Assembly (NCBI GenBank): GCA_020356025.1
Contig: CP070630.1
Coordinates: forward strand, 1,831,697-1,895,696
DNA: 64,000 nucleotides
Origin: Dehalococcoidia bacterium
GTDB taxonomy: Bacteria > Chloroflexota > Dehalococcoidia > SM23-28-2
Direction of reading: 5' to 3'
Shown here: in pieces, positions 10,064 to 20,058 of the stretch
How positions within the stretch are numbered: the first letter of the stretch is position 1
Layout: every line of letters starts with the position of its first letter
Notes under the pieces: model-generated
Database searches by the model: none
Told to the model about the DNA's origin: nothing
The model's input: the letters and a program-made list of their open reading frames with translations, nothing else
Translations under genes and position numbers: made by a program

Positions 10064-10852
10064 CTAGCTCGATACCCCCGCCGGCTGCCAGAAGTCCTCC
10101 CGCCGCAGGCGGTCGATGAAGGCAGCCGACCGCACATCTCGCTCCAGCACGTGGATCAGGTAGGCCCGCAGGTGCATCTCGATCTCCTGCGCCAGAGCGG
10201 AAGCCACCCTCACCCGCGACACTTCGGCGAAGCTGCCGCTTTGAAGCAGCCGCATCACCTTCAGGGCGTTCAGCGATAGCGTCCTCGATCCGGCACCCTC
10301 CGGCCCGCACGAGGGGCAGAGGACGCCGCCGGCGTCGGGGCTGAAGTGGCTGGGCGCCGCTGCCAGTGCCCGTTCGCAGTTCACGCAGCGAGCGAGCTGA
10401 GGCTGAAAGCCCGCCAGCCCCAGGAGCTGCATCTCCAGATAGCGCAGGACGGTGTCCACGTTCTTTGCTGAGACCAGGCGACGGAGGGTCGCCAGCAGCA
10501 ACTGGAAGACGTGATAGCTCTCCGCCCCCTCGGGCGAGAAGCGATCCACCAGCTCGGCAGCGTACAGGGCCCGGCTCAGGCGGTGCAGGTCGGCCCGCAG
10601 GCCCCCGAAGCTCTCCACCGTCTGCGCCTGGGTAACGGTGTCCAGATTGCGTCCCTGGGCCACCACGACCGCCGTGTGAGTCAGCACCTCCAGGTGGCCA
10701 CCCAGACGGCTCTTCGGTCGGCGTACTCCCTTCGCCACGGCGTCTAGCTTGCCGTAGTTGGGAGTGTAGAGAGTCACGATCTTGCCCGCCTCGCCCAGCT
10801 TGCGCTGGCGCAGAACGATGGCTTCCGTCTTGTAGATGCGCGGCGTCGTCAT
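10064..10852 (-). CDS. recO: DNA repair protein RecO
   Basis: N-terminal OB region TEAIVLRQRKLGEAGKIVTLYT..GKLDAVAKGVRRPKSR and Zn motif CVNCE...CPSCG. Confidence 0.9.
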   Translation of the reverse strand: MTTPRIYKTEAIVLRQRKLGEAGKIVTLYTPNYGKLDAVAKGVRRPKSRLGGHLEVLTHTAVVVAQGRNLDTVTQAQTVESFGGLRADLHRLSRALYAAELVDRFSPEGAESYHVFQLLLATLRRLVSAKNVDTVLRYLEMQLLGLAGFQPQLARCVNCERALAAAPSHFSPDAGGVLCPSCGPEGAGSRTLSLNALKVMRLLQSGSFAEVSRVRVASALAQEIEMHLRAYLIHVLERDVRSAAFIDRLRREDFWQPAGVSS

Positions 10853-10871
10853 GGAAAGCGCCCGGCGAGGC

Positions 10872-11483
10872 TTAGCCCATCTCCTGCCGGCCCTCCAGCG
10901 CGCGCGTAAGCGTGAGATCGTCGGCGTACTCCAGGTCGGCGCCGCTGGGCAGGCCGCGCGCCAGGCGAGTCACCCGTACCCCCAGGGGCCGCAGCAGCCG
11001 CCCGAGGTACATCGCCGTGGCCTCGCCCTCCAGGTTGGGGTTGGTCGCCAGGATCACCTCCTGGACAGAGCCATCCTTCAGACGCGCCAGCAGCTCCTCT
11101 ACCTTCAGGTGCTCCGGCCCCACGCCGTCCATGGGCGAGATCACACCGTGGAGCACATGGTACAGCCCGTTGTAGCTGCCCGTCCGCTCCAGCGCCAGGA
11201 TGTCCAGCGGTTCCTCCACCACGCATACAAGCGCAGCATCCCGCTCCTCGTTGGCGCAGATGAGACACGGGTCGCGGTCGGTCACGTTCTGGCAGATCGA
11301 GCAGAAGGTGATCTTCTCCTTCACCTCAAGGATGGCCTGCGCCAGGGCCTTCGCCTCGTCCTGCGGCGCGCGCAGGAGGTAGTAGGTGAGGCGCTGGGCG
11401 CTCTTGGGGCCAACGCCCGGCAGCTTATGGAACTCCTCGATGAGCCTCACCACCGGCGCTGCGGCGGAAGGGGTAACGTCCAT
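10872..11483 (-). CDS. recR: recombination protein RecR
   Basis: HhH N-terminus (KLPGVGPKSAQRL), C4 finger CSICQNVTDRDPCLIC, Toprim VCVVEEPLDILALERTG. Confidence 0.93.
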   Translation of the reverse strand: MDVTPSAAAPVVRLIEEFHKLPGVGPKSAQRLTYYLLRAPQDEAKALAQAILEVKEKITFCSICQNVTDRDPCLICANEERDAALVCVVEEPLDILALERTGSYNGLYHVLHGVISPMDGVGPEHLKVEELLARLKDGSVQEVILATNPNLEGEATAMYLGRLLRPLGVRVTRLARGLPSGADLEYADDLTLTRALEGRQEMG

Positions 11484-11489
11484 TGCGGA

Positions 11490-11795
11490 TTAAGTTAGGC
11501 CCAGGATGTCGAGCCCGCCGGTCACAGACCCGAACCGCTCGGCCTGCATCGTGCGCACTTTGTCCAGTGCCTCGTTGAGAGCAGCGACGATCAGATCCTC
11601 CAGCATCTCCACGTCATCGGGATCAACCGCCTCGGGCTCGATCTTGACCGACTGCACCCTCGGCTGGCCGTTGACCACCACAGTGACAGCGCCGCCGCCG
11701 GCACTCGCCTCCACCGTAGACTCCTCGATTTCCTGCTGAGCCTTGGATATCTGGTCCTGCATCCGCTGGAGCTGCCGAAGCATATCAGGTCTCAT
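11490..11795 (-). CDS. ybaB: YbaB/EbfC nucleoid-associated protein
   Basis: 101-aa C-terminal part of ORF 11490..12053: MRPDMLRQLQRMQDQISKAQQEIEESTVEASAGGGAVTVVVNG...; conserved dnaX-ybaB-recR order. The longer ORF would overlap dnaX by about 270 nt. Confidence 0.85.
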   Translation of the reverse strand: MRPDMLRQLQRMQDQISKAQQEIEESTVEASAGGGAVTVVVNGQPRVQSVKIEPEAVDPDDVEMLEDLIVAALNEALDKVRTMQAERFGSVTGGLDILGLT

Positions 11796-13563
11796 TCCGC
11801 GGTTCGCCACTGGAACCTCCCTTCCCACCAACAACCGGCCGTGCTCCCATCTCCCGAGCCGCCTGCACCAGATGTCCCCCACGCATCGATGGCTTCCCCT
11901 CCGCCCTCTGGCGCTCGCACACCGTGCACTCCACGGTGATCGTCTGGCCCACAAGCCGCGAGGCTGCCTCCGCCACGATTCGGCGGTTGTCCGGCGTCTC
12001 GATCTTCCCCTTATGGAGCCCAAACTGCTGATAGAATGCCAGGACGAGAACACCGTCCTCCAGAGACTTGATCTCGCACGTTCCGTTCAGATAAGCGGCC
12101 ACCCGATGATCGACCCCCTTGCACGCCAGCCGGATGCGCTGCAGGAGGTCATCGCCCGCCGCCGCCGTCGTCTCTGCCGCCGGAGCGGCCTCGGCTGGCT
12201 GGCTCTCGCCCTCGCCGGCTGGTGCGGCAGGCTTCGACGGCTCTTTCTCACCTTCCCCGGATGGTACGGCGGCCTTCGACGGCTGGCTCTCAGCCCCGCC
12301 TGTCGGCGCGGCAGGCTTCGTCTGCTTCGGCGGCTGCTTCGGCGCCTGCCTCTCGCTCTCCTGAAGGCGCGTCCGTAGCTTGGGCGGCTGCCGTGGTTCC
12401 CCCTGACGGCCGGACGGGAACGGCGGTCGGGCGACGGGCTCCGTCTCCTCGGCTGCCACCTGAGCAGCAGCGCTCGGCCCCAGCACTTGGTCGGCCAGAG
12501 CCAGCTCCAGAGGCAGCGAAGACTGAGGATCGTCGCGGAAGTCAGCCTGGCCGAATCCGCGCAGCGCTCGCAGGATGTCCTCGCTGGCGGCAGCAGACGA
12601 GACCGAACGCATCTCCTCCACCTCCTCCGCCCCCAGGTCCAGCGTGTCCTCCGCGCCCGCTTTCGCCACCAGCAGCGCCCGCAGATAGTTCACCACCTCT
12701 CGCTGAAACTGGCGCATGTCCACGCCGTCGTCCCGAACGGCAGCGATCAGCTTCAGCCCAGCCGACAGGTCTTTCTCCAGGACGTGACGCACCAACTGGC
12801 GGCCACGGGCATCGGCGGTCAGGCCCAGCGAGTCGCGCACCTGCTCCAGGCTGGGCGACGAGCCGTAGTAGTTGCTAAGCTGCTCCACCAGGTTGATGGC
12901 ATCGCGGAGGCTGCCGCTGGCGCTGCGAGCGATCTCCTGGAGCGCAGCCGCCTCTATCTTGATGCCCTCCTTCTTGCAGATGTGCTCCAGACGGGAGACC
13001 ACCGCCGCCAGCGGCAGACGGTGGAAGTCGAATCGCTGACAGCGAGAGATGATGGTCGCCGGCACCTTGTGGGACTCGGTGGTGGCCAGAATGAAGATGA
13101 TGTGGGGCGGCGGCTCCTCCAGCGTCTTGAGAAGGGCGTTGTAGGCCTCGGCGGTGAGCATGTGCACCTCGTCCACCAGATAGATCTTGTGCTCGCCGGC
13201 CATGGGTGCCAGGCCCACCCGATCGCGCAGCTTGCGGATCTCGTCGATGCCGCGATTGCTGGCGGCGTCCATCTCCACCAGATCCATCGCCCGCCCTTCG
13301 AGATAGGCCTGGCAGGACTCGCAGGTGTTGCACGGCTCGCCGTCGGCCGGCTGGAGGCAGTTCACCGCCTTGGCCAGAAGGCGGCCCATGCTGGTCTTAC
13401 CCGTCCCACGAGGGCCGCAGAAGAGGTAGGCGTGGGCCACCCGACCGCTGGCCAGCGAGTTGCGCACCGTCTGGGTGATAGGATCCTGGCCTACCACCTC
13501 AGAGAACGACTGGGGACGCCACTTACGATAAAGGACTTCGCTGCTGTTACCGCTGCTACTCAA
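11785..13563 (-). CDS. dnaX: DNA polymerase III subunit gamma/tau
   Basis: Walker A GPRGTGKTS, DEVHML box, Zn module CNTCESCQ, SRCQRF sensor; Pro/Ala/Glu-rich repetitive linker in the C-terminal half. Confidence 0.93.
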   Translation of the reverse strand: MSSSGNSSEVLYRKWRPQSFSEVVGQDPITQTVRNSLASGRVAHAYLFCGPRGTGKTSMGRLLAKAVNCLQPADGEPCNTCESCQAYLEGRAMDLVEMDAASNRGIDEIRKLRDRVGLAPMAGEHKIYLVDEVHMLTAEAYNALLKTLEEPPPHIIFILATTESHKVPATIISRCQRFDFHRLPLAAVVSRLEHICKKEGIKIEAAALQEIARSASGSLRDAINLVEQLSNYYGSSPSLEQVRDSLGLTADARGRQLVRHVLEKDLSAGLKLIAAVRDDGVDMRQFQREVVNYLRALLVAKAGAEDTLDLGAEEVEEMRSVSSAAASEDILRALRGFGQADFRDDPQSSLPLELALADQVLGPSAAAQVAAEETEPVARPPFPSGRQGEPRQPPKLRTRLQESERQAPKQPPKQTKPAAPTGGAESQPSKAAVPSGEGEKEPSKPAAPAGEGESQPAEAAPAAETTAAAGDDLLQRIRLACKGVDHRVAAYLNGTCEIKSLEDGVLVLAFYQQFGLHKGKIETPDNRRIVAEAASRLVGQTITVECTVCERQRAEGKPSMRGGHLVQAAREMGARPVVGGKGGSSGEPRNET

Positions 13564-13619
13564 GAAACCACCGCAAAACTCTACATCTCGAGGCCATTAT
13601 AGACTAGCGCCGAACATTG

Positions 13620-14117
13620 TCAAAAGGACGCACCTTCTAGACCCAAGGCCGCCAGAATTTCGTCCTCCCTCCGCCGCATGACCCGCTCCTCTTCCGCCTC
13701 CATGTGGTCGTAGTCCAGCAGGTGGAGGACGCCGTGCACCAGCAGGTGGGCCACCTCGGCCTCCACGCTGTGGCCCTGCTCCTCGGCCTGCCGCACCGCC
13801 GTCGGATAGGAGATGATCACCTCGCCCAGGCTTGGGGCCTCGCCCGGCGGCAGAGCGAAGGGCGCGTCGTCCTTCTCGCCCAGCCCGAAGGAGAGGACAT
13901 CCGTCGGCTCATCGACGTCGAGATAGCGGCGGTTCAGCTCGCGCACGGTGGCGTCGTCGGTAATCACCACACCCAGCTCGGTGGGGTCAGCACCCTCCGC
14001 CACCAGAACGTGGCGGGCAATTCGCCTCAGCCAGAGCGCCCGCAGCGCCGAGCGGAATGGTCGAGCGACCTGCACCTCTATGCGGTGCGCGGAACGGGAG
14101 GGTCGGCGGGCAGCCAT
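13620..14117 (-). CDS. ybeY: rRNA maturation endoribonuclease YbeY
   Basis: Zn motif HLLVHGVLHLLDYDH. Confidence 0.9.
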   Translation of the reverse strand: MAARRPSRSAHRIEVQVARPFRSALRALWLRRIARHVLVAEGADPTELGVVITDDATVRELNRRYLDVDEPTDVLSFGLGEKDDAPFALPPGEAPSLGEVIISYPTAVRQAEEQGHSVEAEVAHLLVHGVLHLLDYDHMEAEEERVMRRREDEILAALGLEGASF

Positions 14118-14165
14118 GCTGGCATGCTAGCACCCGCTGGCTGGCGATTCAACAGAGGCGAGCCC

Positions 14166-15629
14166 CTAGCTGCCGAACGTCCTGGCCGCCGTCTCCGAGA
14201 CCTCCAGCAGGAGAAACGGCAAGATGCCGATGAACAGGATGCCACCGCTGGCAATGGCCATCGCCAGGCCGAGGGATGGCCCGGCGGAGACGCGCTCTTC
14301 GCTGGCCGGAGCCTCCAAGAACATCTGGAGCACCACTCGCAGGTAGTAATAGGCGGATACCACGCTGTTGAGCACGCCAACGATGACCAGCCACACCAGG
14401 TCGCTCTGGACAGCGGCATTGAAGATGTAGACCTTCGCGATGAAGCCCGCGGTCGGTGGGATGCCGGTGAGAGACACCAGGCACAGAGTGAGGCCCAGCG
14501 CCAGCAGAGGGGCCCGCCGGATCATGCCGGCGTAGTCGCCTATCTCGTCGCTGTTGATCCGGTTGGAGATGGCGATGATTGCTATGAAGGCCCCCAGGTT
14601 GGTGAACGCGTAGGCCGCCAGGAAGAAGATGACGCCGCTGGCTCCCAGGCTGAACTCGCCTTCGGCGGCGGAGATCGCCGCCAGGCCCACCACCAAGTAC
14701 CCCGCCTGGGCGATGGAGCTGTACCCCAGCATTCGCTTGATGTTGGTCTGAGTGATGGCCACCACGTTGCCCACGGTCATCGAGATGGCAGCGACGGCGG
14801 CAAACATGTTCGACCAGTCGCTGCTGATAGAGCGGTCGCCCAGGGCCTCGAAGAAGATGCGCATCACCACCGCGAAGCCCGCCGCCTTGCTCCCCACCGA
14901 CAGATAGGCAGTGATCGGCGTGGGGGCACCCTCATACACATCCGGCACCCACATCTGGAAGGGCACCACCGCCATCTTGAAGCCCAGACCCGCCACCAGG
15001 AAGACCATCGCCATCACCACCGCCGCCCGCGTATCGTCGTTGGCCGCGGCCACTACGTTCCCTATGTCGTCCAGGCTGGTGCTTCCCGACAGCCCGAACA
15101 GAAGGGCCATCCCGTACAGAGTGACGGCGGTGCTCAAGGCACCCAAGAGGAGATACTTGAGACCGGCCTCGCTGGAGCGCATGTCTTTAAGGAAGGCCAC
15201 CAGGATGTACAGCGAGATACCGGTCAGCTCCAGAACGATGAAGATAGCGATGAGGTCGACGGTGGCGGCCAGGAGCATCATGCCAGCCGCCGAGACTAGG
15301 ATGAGAGCGTAGTACTCAGCCTGGTAGCGGCTGAATCGTTCGCTGTAGTCGATGGAAGCCAGGATGACCACGGCGGCGATGCCGGCGAACAGGAAGGCGA
15401 AGAAGAGCGAGAAGTTGTCCACCACCAGCAGCCCGTCGAAGGCGCTGCCTCGCATGTCGCGCGCAACCAGCGTGCCCGCCCAGATGAGGGAGCCTGCCAC
15501 CGCCAGCAGACTGCCTCCCACCACCAGCCACCGCCGCTGCACCACCAAATCGGTCAGCACGATGATGCCGGCGAAGGCCAGCAGGATCAGCTCGGGCCCA
15601 AGACGGTCGACGCTACCCAACTCGTCCAT
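14166..15629 (-). CDS. nuoN: NADH-quinone oxidoreductase subunit N
   Basis: 487-aa polytopic antiporter-like protein, last gene of the nuo block. Confidence 0.88.
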   Translation of the reverse strand: MDELGSVDRLGPELILLAFAGIIVLTDLVVQRRWLVVGGSLLAVAGSLIWAGTLVARDMRGSAFDGLLVVDNFSLFFAFLFAGIAAVVILASIDYSERFSRYQAEYYALILVSAAGMMLLAATVDLIAIFIVLELTGISLYILVAFLKDMRSSEAGLKYLLLGALSTAVTLYGMALLFGLSGSTSLDDIGNVVAAANDDTRAAVVMAMVFLVAGLGFKMAVVPFQMWVPDVYEGAPTPITAYLSVGSKAAGFAVVMRIFFEALGDRSISSDWSNMFAAVAAISMTVGNVVAITQTNIKRMLGYSSIAQAGYLVVGLAAISAAEGEFSLGASGVIFFLAAYAFTNLGAFIAIIAISNRINSDEIGDYAGMIRRAPLLALGLTLCLVSLTGIPPTAGFIAKVYIFNAAVQSDLVWLVIVGVLNSVVSAYYYLRVVLQMFLEAPASEERVSAGPSLGLAMAIASGGILFIGILPFLLLEVSETAARTFGS

Positions 15630-15630
15630 C

Positions 15631-17094
15631 TCAAGCCAGCCTTCCTACGATCGGCTCCACACCGGTCGAGATGACATCGGCCACCACCGCCGGGTAGATA
15701 CCGACGAGAAAGATGACGGCCACCATCGCTATCATAGCCGTTCGCTCCCACCACGCGGTCGCGTCGCCCAGGTCCTTCCAGCGAGGCGAACGCTCGCCTA
15801 GGAACACCCGCTGGATCATCCACAGGATGTAGCCCGCCGTCAGCAGGATGCCGATCACCCCCAGGATCGTCAGCGCCCCGTGCTTGTCGAAGGTGCCCAG
15901 GAAGACCATCACCTCCGACACGAAGCCCGCCATGCTGGGCAAGCCCAGCGATGCCAACCCGGCGATGACCATCACCACGGCGATCATCGGCATCTGGTGG
16001 GCCAGGCCCGACAGTTCGCCGATCTGGCGCGTGTGGGCCCGGTCGTAGACCATCCCCACCATGACGAACAGCAGGCCCGTAATCACGCCATGGGTGAACA
16101 TCTGCATGCCCGCCCCCGTCAGGCCCACCTGCCCCAGCGCAGACAAGCCCAGCAGCACATAGCCCATATGGCTGACGCTGCTATAGGCGATCAGCCTCTT
16201 GAGGTCGGTCTGGACCAGGGTCACCAGCGCCCCGTACAGGATGTTCACCACCCCGAAGATCGCCAGCCAGACGGCGGCGTCTCGCGCCACGTCGGGCAGG
16301 ATGCTCAGGCAGATGCGCAGCATGCCGTACCCACCCATCTTCAGAAGAACGCCCGCCAGCATCACGCTCACCGCCGTGGGCGCATCGGTATGCGCGTCGG
16401 GGAGCCAGGTGTGGAAGGGGAACACCGGCAGCTTGATCGCGAACCCGAAGATCAGCAGGAAGAACAACACCTGGGTCGGCACCAGGGCATCGCGGATCTC
16501 CATCTGGCTCAAGACCCTGATGTCGAAGGTGTCGGCGGCGAAGCCCAGCACCAGCAGTCCCACCAGCATGAAAGCGCTGCCAAAGAAGGTGAAGAAGACG
16601 TACTTCCAGGCCGAGTACACCTTGCGGCCCGTGCCCCAGATGGAGATGAGGAAGTACATGGGGATCAGCTCGATCTCCCAGAAGATGAAGAAGAGCAAGA
16701 AGTCCAGAGCGGTGAACACGCCCAGAAGGCTCATTTCCAGCAGCAGCAGCCAGGCGAAGTACTCCTTAGGCCGCAGCTCGATGTTCCACGAGATGAGCAC
16801 TGCCACCAGCCCCAGCAGTGCTGTGAGCACGAGCATCGCCATGCCCAGGCCGTCCACGCCCAGCAGGTACTGGATGTCGAAGTGGGCGATGTCGCCGCTG
16901 ATCCACGTGTGGCTCTGAACGAACTGGAAGCCCGTCTGGTCACGGTCGAAGGCGACGAAGAGGCCCACGGCCGCCACAAGCACCACGAAGGCCGTGGCCG
17001 CCGCCACCCACTTCGAGTCGCGCTCCCGCTCCCTGGGGAGCAGGGCGATGATGGCGACCCCTAGCAGAGGGAAGAAAACGATGAACGATAGCAC
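15631..17094 (-). CDS. nuoM: NADH-quinone oxidoreductase subunit M
   Basis: 487-aa antiporter-like subunit between nuoL and nuoN; WLPDAHTDAPTAVSVMLAG motif. Confidence 0.9.
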   Translation of the reverse strand: MLSFIVFFPLLGVAIIALLPRERERDSKWVAAATAFVVLVAAVGLFVAFDRDQTGFQFVQSHTWISGDIAHFDIQYLLGVDGLGMAMLVLTALLGLVAVLISWNIELRPKEYFAWLLLLEMSLLGVFTALDFLLFFIFWEIELIPMYFLISIWGTGRKVYSAWKYVFFTFFGSAFMLVGLLVLGFAADTFDIRVLSQMEIRDALVPTQVLFFLLIFGFAIKLPVFPFHTWLPDAHTDAPTAVSVMLAGVLLKMGGYGMLRICLSILPDVARDAAVWLAIFGVVNILYGALVTLVQTDLKRLIAYSSVSHMGYVLLGLSALGQVGLTGAGMQMFTHGVITGLLFVMVGMVYDRAHTRQIGELSGLAHQMPMIAVVMVIAGLASLGLPSMAGFVSEVMVFLGTFDKHGALTILGVIGILLTAGYILWMIQRVFLGERSPRWKDLGDATAWWERTAMIAMVAVIFLVGIYPAVVADVISTGVEPIVGRLA

Positions 17095-17106
17095 GATCGC
17101 CTTCCC

Positions 17107-19023
17107 CTACGGATTCACTATGAGAATGCCTGCCACGATAAGTACAACCCCCACAAAGATGGCCGCCGCGTACAGCTGGAGCTGACCCGACTGCACCAGC
17201 CGCAGGCGGGACGCGCTGAACTGGGTCAGCCAGGCCGTTGTGTTCACCGCTCCGTCCACCACGTATCTGTCGAACAGGTCCAGCCCCCCCGCCACCGTCC
17301 GCACCACGACGCGTCGCACCAGCTGATCCTCGTACAGCCAGTCCATGTAGTACTTGTTGACGAGCAGCCGGTGGACGGGCCCGAACGCTTGCCGCAGCCT
17401 ATCGGCGCTCAGCAGACGAGCGCCGTAGATGGCCCAGGCCACGATGAATCCCGCCAGGCCGAAGATCATCGACAGCGTTGCCAGCCCGAAGTGAAACTCT
17501 ATCTCCGTCGCCCGCTCCAGGGCCAGCTCCGGCAGCCAGCCCTCCAGAAGGTCGGTCACCCCGTGATGCAGGTTCAAGAAGCCCGTAACCACTGCCGCCA
17601 CGGCCAGCACAACCAGCGGCAGCACCATCACCGGCGGCGACTCGTGAGGCTGAGCCTCATGGCCGGCCTGCTCGCCGGGCGGCGCCTCGCCTCCCCTGTA
17701 CTCGCCGCCGAAGGTCAGGAAGATGGCTCGCCCCATATAGAGCGCGGTCATGAACACCACGACCAGGGCCACCCAGAACAGGAGGCGCTGATCCTCCCAC
17801 GCCGCCGAAAGGATCTCGTCCTTGCTCCAGAAGCCCGATAAGGGGAAGATGCCCGCCAGGCTCAGCGAGGCGATGACGAAGGTGACGAACGTCCACGGCA
17901 TGAAGTGGCGCAGGCCGCCCATGCGGCGCATGTCGAAGGTGTGGGTGGCGTGGTTCACGCTGCCCGCCCCCAGGAAGAGCAGGGCCTTGAAGAAGGCATG
18001 ATTGAACAGATGGAATATGCCTGCCGCGAAGCCTCCCACTCCCAGAGCCAGCATCATATAGCCCAGCTGGCTGATCGTAGAGTAGGCCAGCACTCGCTTG
18101 ATGTCGGTGACCACGATGCCCATGCTCGCGGCTATCAGAGCGGTAATCCCTCCCACCACGGCCACGCTGTTTATCGCCTCCTCTGACGCACTGAAGATCG
18201 GGAAGAAACGCGCCACCAGATAGACCCCCGCCGCCACCATCGTCGCGGCGTGGATCAGGGCCGACACCGGCGTCGGGCCCTCCATGGCATCGGGCAGCCA
18301 CACGTGCAGGGGGAACTGAGCCGACTTACCCACCGCCCCGGCGAAGACGCCGGCCGCCAGCCAGGTGAGGATGACGGTGCCGATGGCCCCGGTCATGGCC
18401 ATCTCCTGGATATTGGGGATGTCCAGCTCCCCCGTCTGCGTCCAGATGAGCAGGATGGCCGACAAGAAGCCTAGGTCACCTAAACGCGTGACCACGAAGG
18501 CCTTGGTTGCCGCCGCCCTGGCCGCTGGTCGCTCGAACCAGAACCCGATGAGCAGGTAGGAGCAAAGGCCAACCAGCTCCCAGAAGAGGAAGAGCATGAT
18601 CAGGTTCTCGGCCAGCACCAGGCCCAGCATGGCGGCCGTGAACAGCGACATGAAGCCGAAGTAGCGCGAGTAGCCGGGGTCGCCGTGCATGTAGCCCTGG
18701 GAGTAGATCTGCACCAGCAGGGAGACGGATGTGACCACCATCAGCATGATGGCGCTCAAGCCGTCCACCGTCAGTCCCAGGTTCAACGTCAAGGAGCCGA
18801 TGGTCAGCCATTCATGGGTCGGGAAGCCCAGGTTCGCGCCGTCCTCCTGGATGACGCTGTCCAGCACCCACAATGAGAAGAGGAAGGAGATACCGATGGC
18901 GGCGATGGTGATGTAGCCGCTGCGTTGCGGCCAGCGGCGGGCGAATAGGCTGATGATGACGAAGGAAGACAGCGGCAGCAGGAAGATGGCCCAGACGACG
19001 GCTTCAGGGATAGTGTTCAGCAT
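17107..19023 (-). CDS. nuoL: NADH-quinone oxidoreductase subunit L
   Basis: 638 aa, antiporter-like core (HVWLPDAMEGPTPVSALIHAATMV) plus a long C-terminal extension typical of NuoL. Confidence 0.9.
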   Translation of the reverse strand: MLNTIPEAVVWAIFLLPLSSFVIISLFARRWPQRSGYITIAAIGISFLFSLWVLDSVIQEDGANLGFPTHEWLTIGSLTLNLGLTVDGLSAIMLMVVTSVSLLVQIYSQGYMHGDPGYSRYFGFMSLFTAAMLGLVLAENLIMLFLFWELVGLCSYLLIGFWFERPAARAAATKAFVVTRLGDLGFLSAILLIWTQTGELDIPNIQEMAMTGAIGTVILTWLAAGVFAGAVGKSAQFPLHVWLPDAMEGPTPVSALIHAATMVAAGVYLVARFFPIFSASEEAINSVAVVGGITALIAASMGIVVTDIKRVLAYSTISQLGYMMLALGVGGFAAGIFHLFNHAFFKALLFLGAGSVNHATHTFDMRRMGGLRHFMPWTFVTFVIASLSLAGIFPLSGFWSKDEILSAAWEDQRLLFWVALVVVFMTALYMGRAIFLTFGGEYRGGEAPPGEQAGHEAQPHESPPVMVLPLVVLAVAAVVTGFLNLHHGVTDLLEGWLPELALERATEIEFHFGLATLSMIFGLAGFIVAWAIYGARLLSADRLRQAFGPVHRLLVNKYYMDWLYEDQLVRRVVVRTVAGGLDLFDRYVVDGAVNTTAWLTQFSASRLRLVQSGQLQLYAAAIFVGVVLIVAGILIVNP

Positions 19024-19032
19024 CGTTCGCTT

Positions 19033-19230
19033 CTAGATCTTCCTCAGGATCTCCTTGGCCACATGCAGCTTGCCCTGAGGCACGTACAGCTTGCGCGGCT
19101 CTAGCTCGCCCGCTTCGCTCCACTCCCCCGATAGCGGCACCACCAGCACGGCCAGACCCTCGGCGTTGAACAGCTCCTTCCAGCTCTCGGCTATGTAAGC
19201 GTTCTTGACCTCCATCAGCTCCACCCACAT
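19033..19230 (-). CDS. small DUF2007-like (putative signal-transducing alpha/beta domain) protein embedded in the nuo operon
   Basis: 65 aa, tightly packed between nuoK (stop 19237) and nuoL (start 19023). By eye, the pattern VKNAYIAESWKELFNAEGLAVLVVP...LHVAKEILRKI resembles DUF2007. Confidence 0.5.
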   Translation of the reverse strand: MWVELMEVKNAYIAESWKELFNAEGLAVLVVPLSGEWSEAGELEPRKLYVPQGKLHVAKEILRKI

Positions 19231-19236
19231 AGCGCC

Positions 19237-19551
19237 CTACCACCTCATCAGATTGATCTTGTCGATGTCGATAGTCTCTCGGTTGCGGTAGATCACCATC
19301 GCCAGAGCCAGAGCCAGCGCTGCCTCGGCCGCCGCCACTGTAATCACGAACACCACGAACACGTGGCCGCTCACATCCGTGGGCGGGCTGACAAACCGAG
19401 AGAAGGCGATCAGTGTCAGGTTCACGGCGTTGAACATCAGCTCGATGCCCATAAGGATGCCCACGGCATTGCGCTTCGCCAGCGCCACGTACAGGCCGAT
19501 GGAGAACAGGATGGCCCCCACCATCAGATAGTGGCTCAGCTCCACCGACAC
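19237..19551 (-). CDS. nuoK: NADH-quinone oxidoreductase subunit K
   Basis: 104 aa, three TM helices, position between nuoJ and nuoL. Confidence 0.9.
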   Translation of the reverse strand: MSVELSHYLMVGAILFSIGLYVALAKRNAVGILMGIELMFNAVNLTLIAFSRFVSPPTDVSGHVFVVFVITVAAAEAALALALAMVIYRNRETIDIDKINLMRW

Positions 19552-19554
19552 CGC

Positions 19555-20046
19555 CTAGTCCTCCCGCACCAGCACGATAGCTCCCACCATCGCCGCTAAG
19601 AGGATCACCGAGGCGATCTCGAAGGGCAGGACGTACTTGTCGAGCAGCGCCTCGCCGATGGCCGCCGCTGTCTCCGAGAAGGGGCCGCGGGTAGCCTCAT
19701 TCCAGTCGGTGACCAGAGCGATCGCCCCAACGGTGACCCCGACCAGCGCTGCCAGCACCAGCCCCGGCAGCTGGAGGAAGGTCTCGGCGTTATCGCGAGC
19801 CGCCCTCGGCGTGAGCATGACAGCGAACAGGATAAGAACAGAGATAGCTCCGGCGTAGATCAGGATCTGAGTGATCGCCACGAAGTCGGCAGACAGCGTG
19901 ATGTACAGGCCGGCCACGCCGATGAAGCTCAGGATCAGGAACAGAACGGCGTGAATAAGGTTGCGGACGGCCACCACCATCAGGGCCGCCCCCACCGTTA
20001 CCACGGATAGCACCCAGAACGCTACGATTGAACCGACATCCTCCAT
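19555..20046 (-). CDS. nuoJ: NADH-quinone oxidoreductase subunit J
   Basis: 163-aa membrane protein directly upstream of nuoK. Confidence 0.85.
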   Translation of the reverse strand: MEDVGSIVAFWVLSVVTVGAALMVVAVRNLIHAVLFLILSFIGVAGLYITLSADFVAITQILIYAGAISVLILFAVMLTPRAARDNAETFLQLPGLVLAALVGVTVGAIALVTDWNEATRGPFSETAAAIGEALLDKYVLPFEIASVILLAAMVGAIVLVRED

Positions 20047-20058
20047 TGGTGCGCTCCC

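Noticed and set aside
11490-12053. 187-aa version of the YbaB ORF
   Set aside because: The N-terminal 86 aa are Arg/Trp/Ser-rich and overlap the 3' end of dnaX. The conserved YbaB domain starts at the internal ATG 11795.
11785-13563. Programmed -1 frameshift site in dnaX (gamma/tau production as in E. coli)
   Set aside because: I saw no A-rich slippery heptamer (A AAA AAG type) in the coding strand, so this cannot be supported from the sequence.
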